Of a DNA stretch of 64,000 nt, positions 8,495 through 17,144 are shown one piece after another (within the stretch, counting starts at the first letter, position 1; each line of letters begins with the position of its first letter). The DNA comes from Castellaniella sp. UBA6218 (lineage in GTDB: Bacteria; Pseudomonadota; Gammaproteobacteria; Burkholderiales; Burkholderiaceae_B): the NCBI GenBank assembly GCA_002421865.1, contig DISE01000036.1:766-64765 (forward strand), in the 5' to 3' direction. The position numbers were made by a program, and so were the translations under genes. The notes below the pieces were generated by a model. It worked only from the letters and a program-made list of their open reading frames with translations, was not told the DNA's origin and did no database searches.

Positions 8495-8766
8495 GCCGAA
8501 GCCGCACCAGAAGGCGCTACCTGCGAAGCGCGGGCCACTTGGAAAACGCGAACACCCAAAGCGCGATCAGGTTCACCACCGGAATGAATGCCAAGATCAC
8601 CCAGGCCTTGCTGTACCCGGCCTTTCCCAAAATGACCGCTGCCGGGATCCCGATCAGTACGAGATAGCCAACAAGCGGCAATAGCATTCCTGAGCCATTC
8701 ATCATTTGCGGTACCCCCTCATCAGTGTTTGCCGGGCCTACAGGCCGAAGCCGCACCAGAAGGCGC
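8495..8766. repeat. 23-bp direct repeat at gene boundaries
   Basis: GCCGAAGCCGCACCAGAAGGCGC at 8495-8517 and 8744-8766; variants at 9293-9314 and 7937-7948. Confidence 0.85.
8517..8705 (-). CDS. Small membrane protein
   Basis: KAGYS..W..L.FIP.VNL..LW.FAFS.WP pattern; GAGGGG RBS. Confidence 0.8.
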   Translation of the reverse strand: MMNGSGMLLPLVGYLVLIGIPAAVILGKAGYSKAWVILAFIPVVNLIALWVFAFSKWPALRR

Positions 8767-8780
8767 AGCCAGCTTAATCC

Positions 8781-9227
8781 TCACGACTGTACCAGTAGCT
8801 CTCTATGCTCTGGCACTTGCTCAGCGCCGCCCTTGCGAGCGGCATCGAACGCTCGTCGAAATTCCATGGGCCTGGAGATTCCCTTGAACGGCGCCTGAGG
8901 ATTTCCGGCACCAGCTAGAACGATGGCCCCGAAGTCGCACATGCGGCCGAGCAGTCCTTGCTGGACGCGAATGCTCTCGATGCGGTTCAAGTCGATCTCC
9001 ACCGTCTCTCTGCTGATGAACCCCTTCTTTGCTATCACTCGTTGGTTGGTGATAGCCATCTCGGTGGAGATGTACCGGATGTATAGACCCAGCAGGATGA
9101 GAAATCCGACGAGGAAGAAGCACAGAATCACGCCCGCGATGATCTCTGGCAGCATGCTCCAGACGCTGATCTTTGCCGAGTAGGTGACACGCTCCCCGGG
9201 CATCAAGTTGTCGTTTATGTAGCTCAT
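8781..9227 (-). CDS. Membrane protein with bacterial PH domain
   Basis: TM helices then E.AITN.RVI.K.GFI.R...EI.L..IES..V.QG..GR. Confidence 0.85.
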   Translation of the reverse strand: MSYINDNLMPGERVTYSAKISVWSMLPEIIAGVILCFFLVGFLILLGLYIRYISTEMAITNQRVIAKKGFISRETVEIDLNRIESIRVQQGLLGRMCDFGAIVLAGAGNPQAPFKGISRPMEFRRAFDAARKGGAEQVPEHRELLVQS

Positions 9228-9319
9228 CTATTCCCTCATATCTCCATACAACCATCATGGTTTGTTACCTGATGGACAAAAATAAACGCCTAACAGGCCG
9301 AAGCCGTGCCAGGATCAGC

Positions 9320-9736
9320 CTATTTCCCCTCGGCCTCAAACCCCCTAAGCATCACATCCAGCGCATCGTCCACCTGGCGCTGCTGCGCCGGCGTCAGCGC
9401 GCGGATGCGCTCGGGGGTGGCTTTCTTGAGGGGCCAGGGGAGGGTGGATTCAGGCACATGGCGGCTGTGACGCCCCGCGGCAGAAGAGGAAAGCCCAGAG
9501 GGCCATTCCTTGGTTGTTAGCCCCCAATGCTCCGGACCAACAACGTCGGCGAAATACGCCCACAGATCAGGCAGTCGCTCCTTGGCAATCGAGCCCTTCT
9601 TCACCCAGTCGGATAGTGAAGGCGGCTGAACTTTGAAGTGGCGCGCGATCTCAGCCTTCGAGCGAGCTCCCCCCGATTCGATCTTCAGGGTAATGGCGGC
9701 GTCGATCGCCTGACCGAATTCTTTGCCTTTAAGCAT
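9320..9736 (-). CDS. Prophage repressor (CI-like HTH, no S24 peptidase domain)
   Basis: HTH SKAEIARHFKVQPPSLSDW; divergent from cro; operators in the intergenic gap. Confidence 0.85.
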   Translation of the reverse strand: MLKGKEFGQAIDAAITLKIESGGARSKAEIARHFKVQPPSLSDWVKKGSIAKERLPDLWAYFADVVGPEHWGLTTKEWPSGLSSSAAGRHSRHVPESTLPWPLKKATPERIRALTPAQQRQVDDALDVMLRGFEAEGK

Positions 9737-9803
9737 GGCCTAATAAAACACGCAAGCTATTGATTAGGCAATTCCTATCGTTTATCATTAGGCGTAGCCT
9801 TAT
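9728..9803. promoter_or_regulatory. OR operators and PR promoter
   Basis: Three ATTAGGC-N3-GCCTAAT-like sites (9728-9744, 9763-9779, 9787-9803); TTGATT(9760)-N17-TATCAT. Confidence 0.85.
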
Positions 9804-9819
9804 GAAAATAGAGGAATCC

Positions 9820-10074
9820 ATGTCGGGAATATCCGATGCATGTGGCCAGCTTGGCGGGCTTTCTGGCCTTGCTCGCGCGATCAAGGTAACGCCCCCAACC
9901 GTCCATCAATGGGTGTCTGGCCGCCGTCGGATCCCTGTACTGCGTTGCCTTGACATCGAACGCGCCACCAACGGCGCCGTCCGCTGCGAAGACCTGCGTC
10001 CGGACGTTGATTGGTCGGTGTTGCGCGGGCCTGGCCAGGCCCAGTCCGCTACCGCAGGAGCCGAGCATGCGTGA
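9820..10074 (+). CDS. Cro-like regulator (YdaS family)
   Basis: GG...LARAI.VTPPTV.QW, IERATNGAV..EDLRPD; GAGG RBS. Confidence 0.9.
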   Translation: MSGISDACGQLGGLSGLARAIKVTPPTVHQWVSGRRRIPVLRCLDIERATNGAVRCEDLRPDVDWSVLRGPGQAQSATAGAEHA

Positions 10075-10184
10075 AATCCGCCTCGACTCCCTCGTCTTCC
10101 ACGCCAACGCGACTGTCGCCGAGACGGGTACCGACCTGGACGAGTTCTGGATCAGCCTGGGCCCGGACGTCGGGTACGCGCAGT

Positions 10185-10688
10185 TCATCCGGCAGCACCC
10201 AGGCCAAGCGCGGTTCCTATTGCGGCAAGTGCGGTCGGCGCATTCTCCAGTCCCAAGTCCACTGGCTTCAGTGCGAGGTGTTTTGTGGTCTCGGCGGGCA
10301 GCGATCGAAGCTGATCGGTCCATCGCTTCTTATCGGGCTGGGGCAGGTCAGACGCCTGGATCTTCGCCGCAATCAGTGACTTCAGGGTGTCGTCATGAAG
10401 CCTGATCGTCACCACCCCCAGGATGGCCGACAGGCCGCCGTCGTCGGCCAGGAAGTCCAGGCCGCGCGCGGTGATTTCGAGCTTTCCCGCAAATGTGAAT
10501 TTGCCGCTCAGCGTGCGCTTCAGGCTGGTCTCGACCAGCCCGTGCGCCTCCAGGTACAGCAGATTCCCGATGATCGTTTCCTCGTCCGCCATCTGCTGGA
10601 TCTCGCGCCACGCCCCTGTCGTCAGGCCCGGGTAGGCCTCGGCCAATTTTTCCAGGATGGCGTGCTGCAGGTCTCGGTTCAGTTTCAT
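10185..10688 (-). CDS. Hypothetical protein, winged-helix-like N-terminus, antisense to the PR operon
   Basis: GAGG RBS; protein-like NLLYL..HGLV...ITARGLDFLADDGGLSAILGVVT. Confidence 0.8.
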   Translation of the reverse strand: MKLNRDLQHAILEKLAEAYPGLTTGAWREIQQMADEETIIGNLLYLEAHGLVETSLKRTLSGKFTFAGKLEITARGLDFLADDGGLSAILGVVTIRLHDDTLKSLIAAKIQASDLPQPDKKRWTDQLRSLPAETTKHLALKPVDLGLENAPTALAAIGTALGLGAAG

Positions 10689-10879
10689 TTCCTCGGTGCC
10701 TTGTTCAAAAACATGGGAGCTGAGCATGCGTGACCGCTTCGCATCTTGGCTAGTGGGCCTGCGCACCACGCGCTGGCTGGCCTGGAACGGCTTCATGTCC
10801 TGCCACCTGATCCCGCTGTGCATTGCGCGCTCCATCGGTGTGCCGGTGCGTTGGCACCACCTGACGGGCCGCGCAGGGA

Positions 10880-11275
10880 TCATGGACGCCGAACCTTGCG
10901 GAAAGGCACCGGGCGAGGATCGCCGACATGACTAGCCAGCCAGTGTTCCGTGGTCGCATCCTTGGGTGCTGCCCAGTCTGGCCCAATCTCCAGAATCAGG
11001 AATCCCTTCACGTCCTGCGAGCCGATCTTCATGTCGACGCTCAGCGCCTCCTTGCGGATTTCCCACGCGACGAGTTCCGTGTTGACCAGCAGGCCGATCC
11101 CCTTGGAGTCGATCCACAGCGGGGCTGCCTTCTTGTCCACCTGGGCCTGGATGTTCTTCACGATCTGCTGCGCCAGCGCGGCATTGTCTTTCGACGCGGA
11201 TATCAGGACCAGGTACGCCCTGGACTCCGGTTGCTGGCTGCTCGGGCTATCTCCGAACGGGTTTTCTACGGTCAT
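10880..11275 (-). CDS. Hypothetical protein antisense to the PR operon
   Basis: AAGGA RBS, protein-like composition. Confidence 0.7.
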   Translation of the reverse strand: MTVENPFGDSPSSQQPESRAYLVLISASKDNAALAQQIVKNIQAQVDKKAAPLWIDSKGIGLLVNTELVAWEIRKEALSVDMKIGSQDVKGFLILEIGPDWAAPKDATTEHWLASHVGDPRPVPFRKVRRP

Positions 11276-11404
11276 GGCCGGTCCTTGGTCTTCATGGAGT
11301 TGAGGGGTCAGAGTCTCGATTCTACGGGCCAGGAACCGGCTACCCAACATCCCTGGCGCCCCGATCCGGCCGACACCCGCATCCCCATCGGGCCGCCGGA
11401 CACC

Positions 11405-11599
11405 TCAGTGCATGAGCCCCTGCTGGGCCGCATCGAGCGCATCCAGGAGATCGTCGTCCGTCAGGTCGGCTTCCAGTTCCAGACGTCGAAAGACGCTGCA
11501 CAGCAGGTCATCGGACACATCCTCGCGGCCCGTCACTTCCTGGCAAATCGCTTTGGCCTGCCTGAGCAGGGCTTCGGTCTTCGTAGTTTCCATTTCCAT
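11405..11599 (-). CDS. Small acidic hypothetical protein antisense to the PR operon
   Basis: GGAG RBS, helical acidic 64-aa product. Confidence 0.65.
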   Translation of the reverse strand: MEMETTKTEALLRQAKAICQEVTGREDVSDDLLCSVFRRLELEADLTDDDLLDALDAAQQGLMH

Positions 11600-11652
11600 G
11601 GCTCCACTGTAGGCCGGCCGGCCGTCAATTAATACGTTCGAGGAAGACACAC

Positions 11653-12105
11653 ATGAACACAGCCGATGCGGCCTACCACGTCGCCCACGATTATCCCGGC
11701 GGATCGGAATCCCTGGGGCCTCGGGTTGACATTTCTGCGGCGGTGCTGAGGAACAAGGTCAACCGCACACCGCCGAAGGAGGGCAAGCGGCATCACCTGA
11801 CGCTGGAGGAGGCCGTGCGGATCACCGATTTCACGGACGACGACAGGATCCTGCGGGCCTGGGCGCGGCAGCGCGGGCTCTTGCTGGTGAAGGCGCCGGC
11901 CGGGTCATCCGAGTGCGACATGGGCATGTTGGAGAAGGTTGCGGCCTTCATGATCGCCAGCGGCGTATTCGGCAAGGAAATCTACGACTCCCTGGCCGAC
12001 GGCCGCGTGGATCAGCGTGAGGTCGGACGCGTTGAGAACGCCGGCAATCACGTCATGACTGAAGTTGCAGAGGTCGTGCAGCGGATGAAGGGCATGGTGG
12101 GGTGA
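11653..12105 (+). CDS. Phage regulatory CII-family protein
   Basis: HDYPGG..SL..R......LRNKVN, HHLTL.EA, ADGRV...E motifs. Confidence 0.85.
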   Translation: MNTADAAYHVAHDYPGGSESLGPRVDISAAVLRNKVNRTPPKEGKRHHLTLEEAVRITDFTDDDRILRAWARQRGLLLVKAPAGSSECDMGMLEKVAAFMIASGVFGKEIYDSLADGRVDQREVGRVENAGNHVMTEVAEVVQRMKGMVG

Positions 12106-12527
12106 TGAATACCCAAATCTTCCAGCTCTCGCACGTCGTGGCCCGGCGCAATGCCGCGCAAGCTGTCATGGCTGCGCCCGAAGGCTTCATGGTGAAGATC
12201 GGCCCGCGCACACGCAGCACGGATCAGAACGCGCTCCTGCATGCGCTTTTCGGCGAGGTGGCGAAGAAAGCGACCTGGGGCGGCCGGAGGCTGGCTCTGG
12301 ATCAGTGGAAGGTGCTTTTCATCAGCGGCCACGCCATTGCCACCGGCCTGGGCGCCGACATGGTGCCTGGGCTTGAAAACGAGTACGTCAACATCCGCGA
12401 GTCGTCTGCCCGCATGTCTGTGGCCCGAATGACCAGCCTCATCGAGTATGTGCTCGCCTGGTGTGCCGAAAACGGCATCGATACCCATGAGGCGCGGATC
12501 CGCTATGGGCATGAGGTGGCGGCATGA
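12105..12527 (+). CDS. ninB: NinB recombination protein
   Basis: RS.DQNA.LHA...EVA, WK.LF, ESSARMS...M..LIEY. Confidence 0.85.
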   Translation: MNTQIFQLSHVVARRNAAQAVMAAPEGFMVKIGPRTRSTDQNALLHALFGEVAKKATWGGRRLALDQWKVLFISGHAIATGLGADMVPGLENEYVNIRESSARMSVARMTSLIEYVLAWCAENGIDTHEARIRYGHEVAA

Positions 12528-13090
12528 TGGATATGCCTGTCCTCGACCCTTGCTGTGGCGGCCGCATGATGTGGTTCGACCGACAGGACCAGCGCGCCCT
12601 GTTCGGCGATATCCGCAGCGAAGAGCATACGCTGTGCGACGGCAGGGCCTTCAAAATCACGCCCGATCTGAACATGGACTTCCGGGACATGCCGTTCCCA
12701 GATGGGTCGTTCCGCCTGGTGGTGTTCGATCCCCCGCACCTGCGCCGCGCCGGCCAGGAGTCCTGGCTTCGAGCCAAATACGGAATCCTGAGCGACGACT
12801 GGCGCGACGACCTGAGCCAGGGCTTCGCAGAGTGCTTCCGTGTATTGAAGCCCGAGGGCGTGCTGATTTTCAAGTGGGCCGAGGTCCAAATTCCTGTGTC
12901 CCAGATCCTGGCGCTGACGCCGAACCAGCCGCTGTTCGGCCACAAGTCCGGCAAGCGCGAAAAGACGCACTGGCTGACGTTCATGAAGATCCAGCCGCCC
13001 CACGATCAAAATTTTGAACGCGTTCAAAATACTTTTCCGGCGCCGGCCGCCACCATGGACACACGCACAACAGAAGCAGGTGTCCTATGA
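12524..13090 (+). CDS. SAM-dependent DNA methyltransferase (orphan)
   Basis: LDPCCGGRMMWFD and VVFDPPH motifs. Confidence 0.85.
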   Translation: MMDMPVLDPCCGGRMMWFDRQDQRALFGDIRSEEHTLCDGRAFKITPDLNMDFRDMPFPDGSFRLVVFDPPHLRRAGQESWLRAKYGILSDDWRDDLSQGFAECFRVLKPEGVLIFKWAEVQIPVSQILALTPNQPLFGHKSGKREKTHWLTFMKIQPPHDQNFERVQNTFPAPAATMDTRTTEAGVL

Positions 13091-13446
13091 AGGGTCGCAA
13101 CCCCACCGCCGAGCAGAAACGCTTCCACGACATGCTGTGCCGGGAGATCGGCTGCATTGCATGCGCGAAAGAGGGCATGTTCACGCCCTTTGTCTCCGTG
13201 CATCACATCGACGGCCGCACGAAGCCCTGGGCGCACTGGATGGTCCTGCCGCTGTGCGGTCCACACCATCAGGATGCCGGCATTCCTGGCGTCGTCGCCG
13301 TACACCCCTGGAAGGCTCAATTTGAGGCCCGCTATGGCACTCAGCGCGATCTGCAGCGCGAGTGCGTCCAGATCCTGCTGGATCGTGGCTGCGCGGTGGC
13401 TGATGGTGCGCTGGCGGCGGCAGGCGTGGAAGTGGAGGTCGCGTAA
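13087..13446 (+). CDS. Ref-family HNH nuclease
   Basis: GCIAC...HHIDGRTKP.AH..VLPLC..HHQ. Confidence 0.8.
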   Translation: MKGRNPTAEQKRFHDMLCREIGCIACAKEGMFTPFVSVHHIDGRTKPWAHWMVLPLCGPHHQDAGIPGVVAVHPWKAQFEARYGTQRDLQRECVQILLDRGCAVADGALAAAGVEVEVA

Positions 13447-14195
13447 TGGACTGGTTCCGCCTCTACGGTGACATGCCCAGTGATCCAAAGATCGGCACCC
13501 TCAATGATGCCGAGTTCAGAACTTGGATCGAGCTGCTGTGCGCGGCCTCCAAATATGACCAGAGCGGCGACACTGGGCTGAATGCCGAGACGGTTGATTG
13601 GGCGTTACGTCGTGACGTCACGGTGACGTTACCGCGACTGTTGGAACGTGACCTTGTGACAGTTGGGGATAACGGAAATTACCGAATTCGCGCCTGGGAG
13701 AAGCGTCAGTATAAGAGCGACACAAGCGCTGAGCGCACCCGCAAGTATCGGGCGAAACTCAAGGCTGGCGCGGCTTCTGGACAAGACGATAAGCCTGTGA
13801 CGTCACAGAAACGTCACGGTGACGCTGTAGATACAGAAGCAGATACAGATACAGAACAGATTAAAGAAGCTATCGCTTCTTCTGCGCCGAGCCGAAAAAT
13901 CGCGCTCGACGCTGACGGCAATTGGACCGGGATATCGACTGCGCAGCGGTCAACCTGGGAAACAGCCTATCCAGCCCTCAGTCTGGATGCGGAGCTTGCG
14001 AAAGCTGCCGCTTGGATCCTTGCCAATCCAAAAAACAAAAAATCGAACTACGCCCGCTACCTGACGAACTGGCTTTCCAGGGCGCAGGACAGCGCCAGGC
14101 CATCTGCTGCGCCAGCACAGCGCGGGTTTGATCCGCTGGCCTACATCAATCGAAACCGCACAAAGCCGGGGGAATCCCATGTTATCGACGCGTGA
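13446..14195 (+). CDS. Replication initiator (O-like)
   Basis: WFRLY....DPK, W.KRQY.SD.S..R..KYR; internal DNA repeats. Confidence 0.8.
   Translation: MDWFRLYGDMPSDPKIGTLNDAEFRTWIELLCAASKYDQSGDTGLNAETVDWALRRDVTVTLPRLLERDLVTVGDNGNYRIRAWEKRQYKSDTSAERTRKYRAKLKAGAASGQDDKPVTSQKRHGDAVDTEADTDTEQIKEAIASSAPSRKIALDADGNWTGISTAQRSTWETAYPALSLDAELAKAAAWILANPKNKKSNYARYLTNWLSRAQDSARPSAAPAQRGFDPLAYINRNRTKPGESHVIDA
13611..13860. repeat. Probable phage origin iterons
   Basis: GTGACGTCAC/CGTCACGGTGACG clusters at 13612-13660 and 13797-13824, then AGATACAGA x3. Confidence 0.6.
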
Positions 14196-14889
14196 AAACG
14201 TGTGGCTGGTTCCGCATGCCAAGCTCGAAGGCATCAGCCTGATGGACCACCTTTTTGGTCGCATGAACGGCATGTACCCGAACAAGTGGCGGGCGAACTT
14301 CCGCGACGAGCAGGCCATCGAGGACTGGAAAACAGCTTGGGCCGAAGCGTTCGACGAGGACGGGATCACGCCGCATGACGTCGCTGCCGGCATCAAGAAC
14401 TGTCGCCGGATGTACGACTGGCCGCCATCTCTGCCGGAATTCATGAAAGCCTGCCGGCCCAGCCTGAATCCAGAGATTGCCTTCCACGAAGCCATCAAGG
14501 GTCTGACCGCGAGGCGCAAGGGCGAGATGGGCGAATGGTCGCACCCGGCGATCTTCTACGCTGCCGTCGAAGTTGGGCAGTACGACATGCTGAACAGCGC
14601 GTACAGCACCATGCGGGCGCGGTGGGAAAAGGCCCTGGACGAGCAGATGGAGAAAGGACAGTGGGATGAAATCTCGGCACCTGCTCTTGCGCTGCCGGAA
14701 CCACGCAAAACCGAACTGTCTGATGTCGAGGCGGCGAAAGCCATGGAAAGCATGGGTGCCGGCGGCGTGCTCAAGGAAAAGAAGGATCACAAGGCCTGGG
14801 CCAAGAAGATCCTGGCCAACCCGAAGGCCTACGCATCCATTGCCGTCACGATGGCAAAACGTGCATTGGGCGAGGAAGTGGCCGCATGA
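14179..14889 (+). CDS. Replication protein P-like (helicase loader)
   Basis: Follows initiator; WPPSLPEF...CRP and WSHPAI..AA motifs. Confidence 0.75.
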   Translation: MLSTRENVWLVPHAKLEGISLMDHLFGRMNGMYPNKWRANFRDEQAIEDWKTAWAEAFDEDGITPHDVAAGIKNCRRMYDWPPSLPEFMKACRPSLNPEIAFHEAIKGLTARRKGEMGEWSHPAIFYAAVEVGQYDMLNSAYSTMRARWEKALDEQMEKGQWDEISAPALALPEPRKTELSDVEAAKAMESMGAGGVLKEKKDHKAWAKKILANPKAYASIAVTMAKRALGEEVAA

Positions 14890-15077
14890 CGCCCCAGCAA
14901 ATCGAACAGCGCCGCCTGGAATGCGAGGCCCGCCACATCCTTTCTTTGCCCTACGGCCAGCGCAAGCCCTGGCTGGACGCGATCGGCGAAAAACGCGGCC
15001 CGGAAGCACAGAAATACCTTGAGGCCGAAGTGAAGCGGCAATTCAGATTGAAGAAGGAAGCCCATGACTTTTCATGA
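14886..15077 (+). CDS. Phage hypothetical protein
   Basis: ECEAR motif, coupled overlaps. Confidence 0.7.
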   Translation: MTPQQIEQRRLECEARHILSLPYGQRKPWLDAIGEKRGPEAQKYLEAEVKRQFRLKKEAHDFS

Positions 15078-15486
15078 CCGCCCAACCTGCCTGGAAGACC
15101 TGGCGTTCCCGCGTGATCGGCAGGCGAGAAGCAATACCGGTGCGATACGCAAGATGCAGGCCCTGGGGCGCCTCAAGACCGGCAAGATGAACAAAACCGA
15201 GGCCGCCTATGCTCAGCACCTGGAGACTCGCAAGGCCGCCGGCGAGATCCTCTGGTATCGCTTCGAGGGCATGAAGCTGCGCCTGGCGGATAACACGTTC
15301 TACAGCCCCGATTTCGTGGTGATGCTGGCTGACGGCACGCTCGAGTGCCACGAAGTGAAGGGTTTCTGGCAGGACGATGCCCGCGTGAAGATCAAGGTCG
15401 CGGCCGATCAGTACCCGATGCGGTTTGTCGCCGTGAAGGTGCGCGCCAAGAAAAACGGCGGCGGCTGGGAAGTGGAGGAATTCTGA
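15064..15486 (+). CDS. PD-(D/E)XK nuclease-like protein (DUF1064-like)
   Basis: MNKTEA.Y, FY.PDF, HEVKG. Confidence 0.8.
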   Translation: MTFHDRPTCLEDLAFPRDRQARSNTGAIRKMQALGRLKTGKMNKTEAAYAQHLETRKAAGEILWYRFEGMKLRLADNTFYSPDFVVMLADGTLECHEVKGFWQDDARVKIKVAADQYPMRFVAVKVRAKKNGGGWEVEEF

Positions 15487-15836
15487 TGGCCGACTATCTC
15501 CACCGAAAATCCCACGCCCACGAGCGCGCCAGGGAGGCGCTGCGCAAGGCCGGCCACAAGGGGTCGCTGCAGAAGATCGACGCCCTGGTCTACGCCATCG
15601 AGGTCGAGACCGGCCGCGCATGCGTGGGCGATCAAACCGAATTCATTCGCGCACGGCTGGATTCCCTGCCGGTGGCGGCCCGCAGAGAGCCGCCGAAATT
15701 CAGGCCGCTGACGATCAAGCCTTTGTCCATGATGCGTCACAACCTGGACCGCGCCGCGCTGGCTGAGCCCAAGACGCAGGCGACAGCGGGCAGGGCGGGG
15801 AACGGCAATGAGAATTCACCCGTATGGAGGCGGTGA
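15486..15836 (+). CDS. Phage hypothetical protein
   Basis: TGATG coupling on both sides. Confidence 0.7.
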   Translation: MADYLHRKSHAHERAREALRKAGHKGSLQKIDALVYAIEVETGRACVGDQTEFIRARLDSLPVAARREPPKFRPLTIKPLSMMRHNLDRAALAEPKTQATAGRAGNGNENSPVWRR

Positions 15837-16036
15837 TGAAATCTCAAGGAATCGGATTTATGAGCATTCTGACGCTGATTTTCATCGGCCTGAAACTCGC
15901 CGAGGTAGGTGTGGTTGCGTCCTGGTCCTGGTGGTGGGTCCTGGCCCCGTTATGGGTGCCAAGTGCGGCTTTCTTCGCTCTGGCCGGAATCTTCGGACTA
16001 GCGTATATCGCCATTGTTGTGTGGGAGAAACGATGA
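15836..16036 (+). CDS. Small membrane protein
   Basis: LIFIGLKL....WSWWWVLAPLW. Confidence 0.8.
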   Translation: MKSQGIGFMSILTLIFIGLKLAEVGVVASWSWWWVLAPLWVPSAAFFALAGIFGLAYIAIVVWEKR

Positions 16037-16413
16037 CCCTGGACGAATCTCAACAGATCGAAGACCTACTGGTGATCTGGTATCGCTACGAGCGCGCCTA
16101 CATGCCGCACCTGGGCGCGCCCCGCGTATCGCCGTCCTGCCGAAGCCACGACAGCGGCGACGTGCACCAGGATGCCGAGGATCGCGACGACGATCTGGAA
16201 CGCCTGAAGGCCCAGGTTATCGCCAAGTGCATCGACGAACTGCACTACATGCATCGGGCGGCGATCGGGGTTCACATGCGCAACAAGGTGGCCGGCGTCA
16301 GCGTCCACCGCAACCCGCGCATCGAGGACCAGCACACGACGTATCAGGCCGCAAAAGCGGAGTTGCTGCCGAGGCTGAAAAAATGCGAGCTGATCAAGTG
16401 CGAATATGCTTGA
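16033..16413 (+). CDS. Late antiterminator Q-like protein
   Basis: Last early gene, followed by a promoter-terminator unit. Confidence 0.7.
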   Translation: MTLDESQQIEDLLVIWYRYERAYMPHLGAPRVSPSCRSHDSGDVHQDAEDRDDDLERLKAQVIAKCIDELHYMHRAAIGVHMRNKVAGVSVHRNPRIEDQHTTYQAAKAELLPRLKKCELIKCEYA

Positions 16414-16502
16414 TTTCTCTGCTGATTTTTGATGTAATGTCGGTGTCGGGGCTTCGTGCGCCCTGAAAAAACGCAAAGCCCTGCCAATCGGTGGGGCTTT
16501 TT
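16410..16502 (+). promoter_or_regulatory. Late promoter (PR'-like) and terminator
   Basis: TTGATT-N17-TGTAAT; hairpin AAAGCCC...GGGCTTTTT at 16475-16502. Confidence 0.7.
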
Positions 16503-16858
16503 GCATTCCACACGCATGCGATTTCACCGAGACCGCATCCGCGTGGGAGAAGCCGCAGCCATCAACCAGCAGCACCGTCCAGATATCCAAGTCGCCGCGC
16601 GATCAGGCCTGGGACGACAGCCGGAAGGTTCCGGCACATGCTGGCTCTGACCTGCGCCGCCCTTTGATCAGGCGATTCTCTGGCCGCATACCAAGGCGTG
16701 AGGTCGCTGTGGGGCCCCACAACCTGTCTCCTCCGATCCCGCTACCTGGGATCTTTCGCGCCCCGCTTGGTGAATGCTGAGTGGGGCGCTCCGTTTTGGT
16801 TGAGACTCGCCAGCAAAAATGGCATGCTGTGACCTTCTTTTGCACTTAGGAGGCTTGC

Positions 16859-17056
16859 GTGGCTCGATTTAATGTTGGTGATGTTGTGCTGCTGAACAGC
16901 GGCGGGCCGGATATGACTGTGTCGTATAACGGCCCGGTAGTATTCCCGTCCGGAACGAGGGACGATTTAGTTACTTGCAAGTGGTTTGTCGGCAAAGAAT
17001 TGAAGAGCGAAACCTTTGATGAGAAGTTGTTGAAACCAGCGAAGGCGAAAGACTAA
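16859..17056 (+). CDS. YodC/DUF2158 family protein
   Basis: F.VGDVV.L.SGGP.MTV...C.WF; AGGAGG RBS, GTG start; terminator 17079-17102. Confidence 0.85.
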   Translation: MARFNVGDVVLLNSGGPDMTVSYNGPVVFPSGTRDDLVTCKWFVGKELKSETFDEKLLKPAKAKD

Positions 17057-17144
17057 GTCGCCCCAAACTCACACCGGACCGCCTCCGGGCGGGTTTTCAT
17101 TTCCATCACAAAGGAGTGCGCCATAGGCGTCTCAAAGGCGCGTT

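Noticed and set aside
7937..9316. CRISPR array or integron attC interpretation of the boundary repeats
   Set aside because: Spacing is gene-sized and irregular; no cas or integron integrase; no attC-type long inverted structure seen
12524..13446. Methyltransferase plus HNH gene as a restriction-modification system
   Set aside because: Both are common nin-region genes; the nuclease is Ref-like
16503..16858. Phage tRNA genes in the late leader
   Set aside because: No T-loop GTTCRA or cloverleaf found
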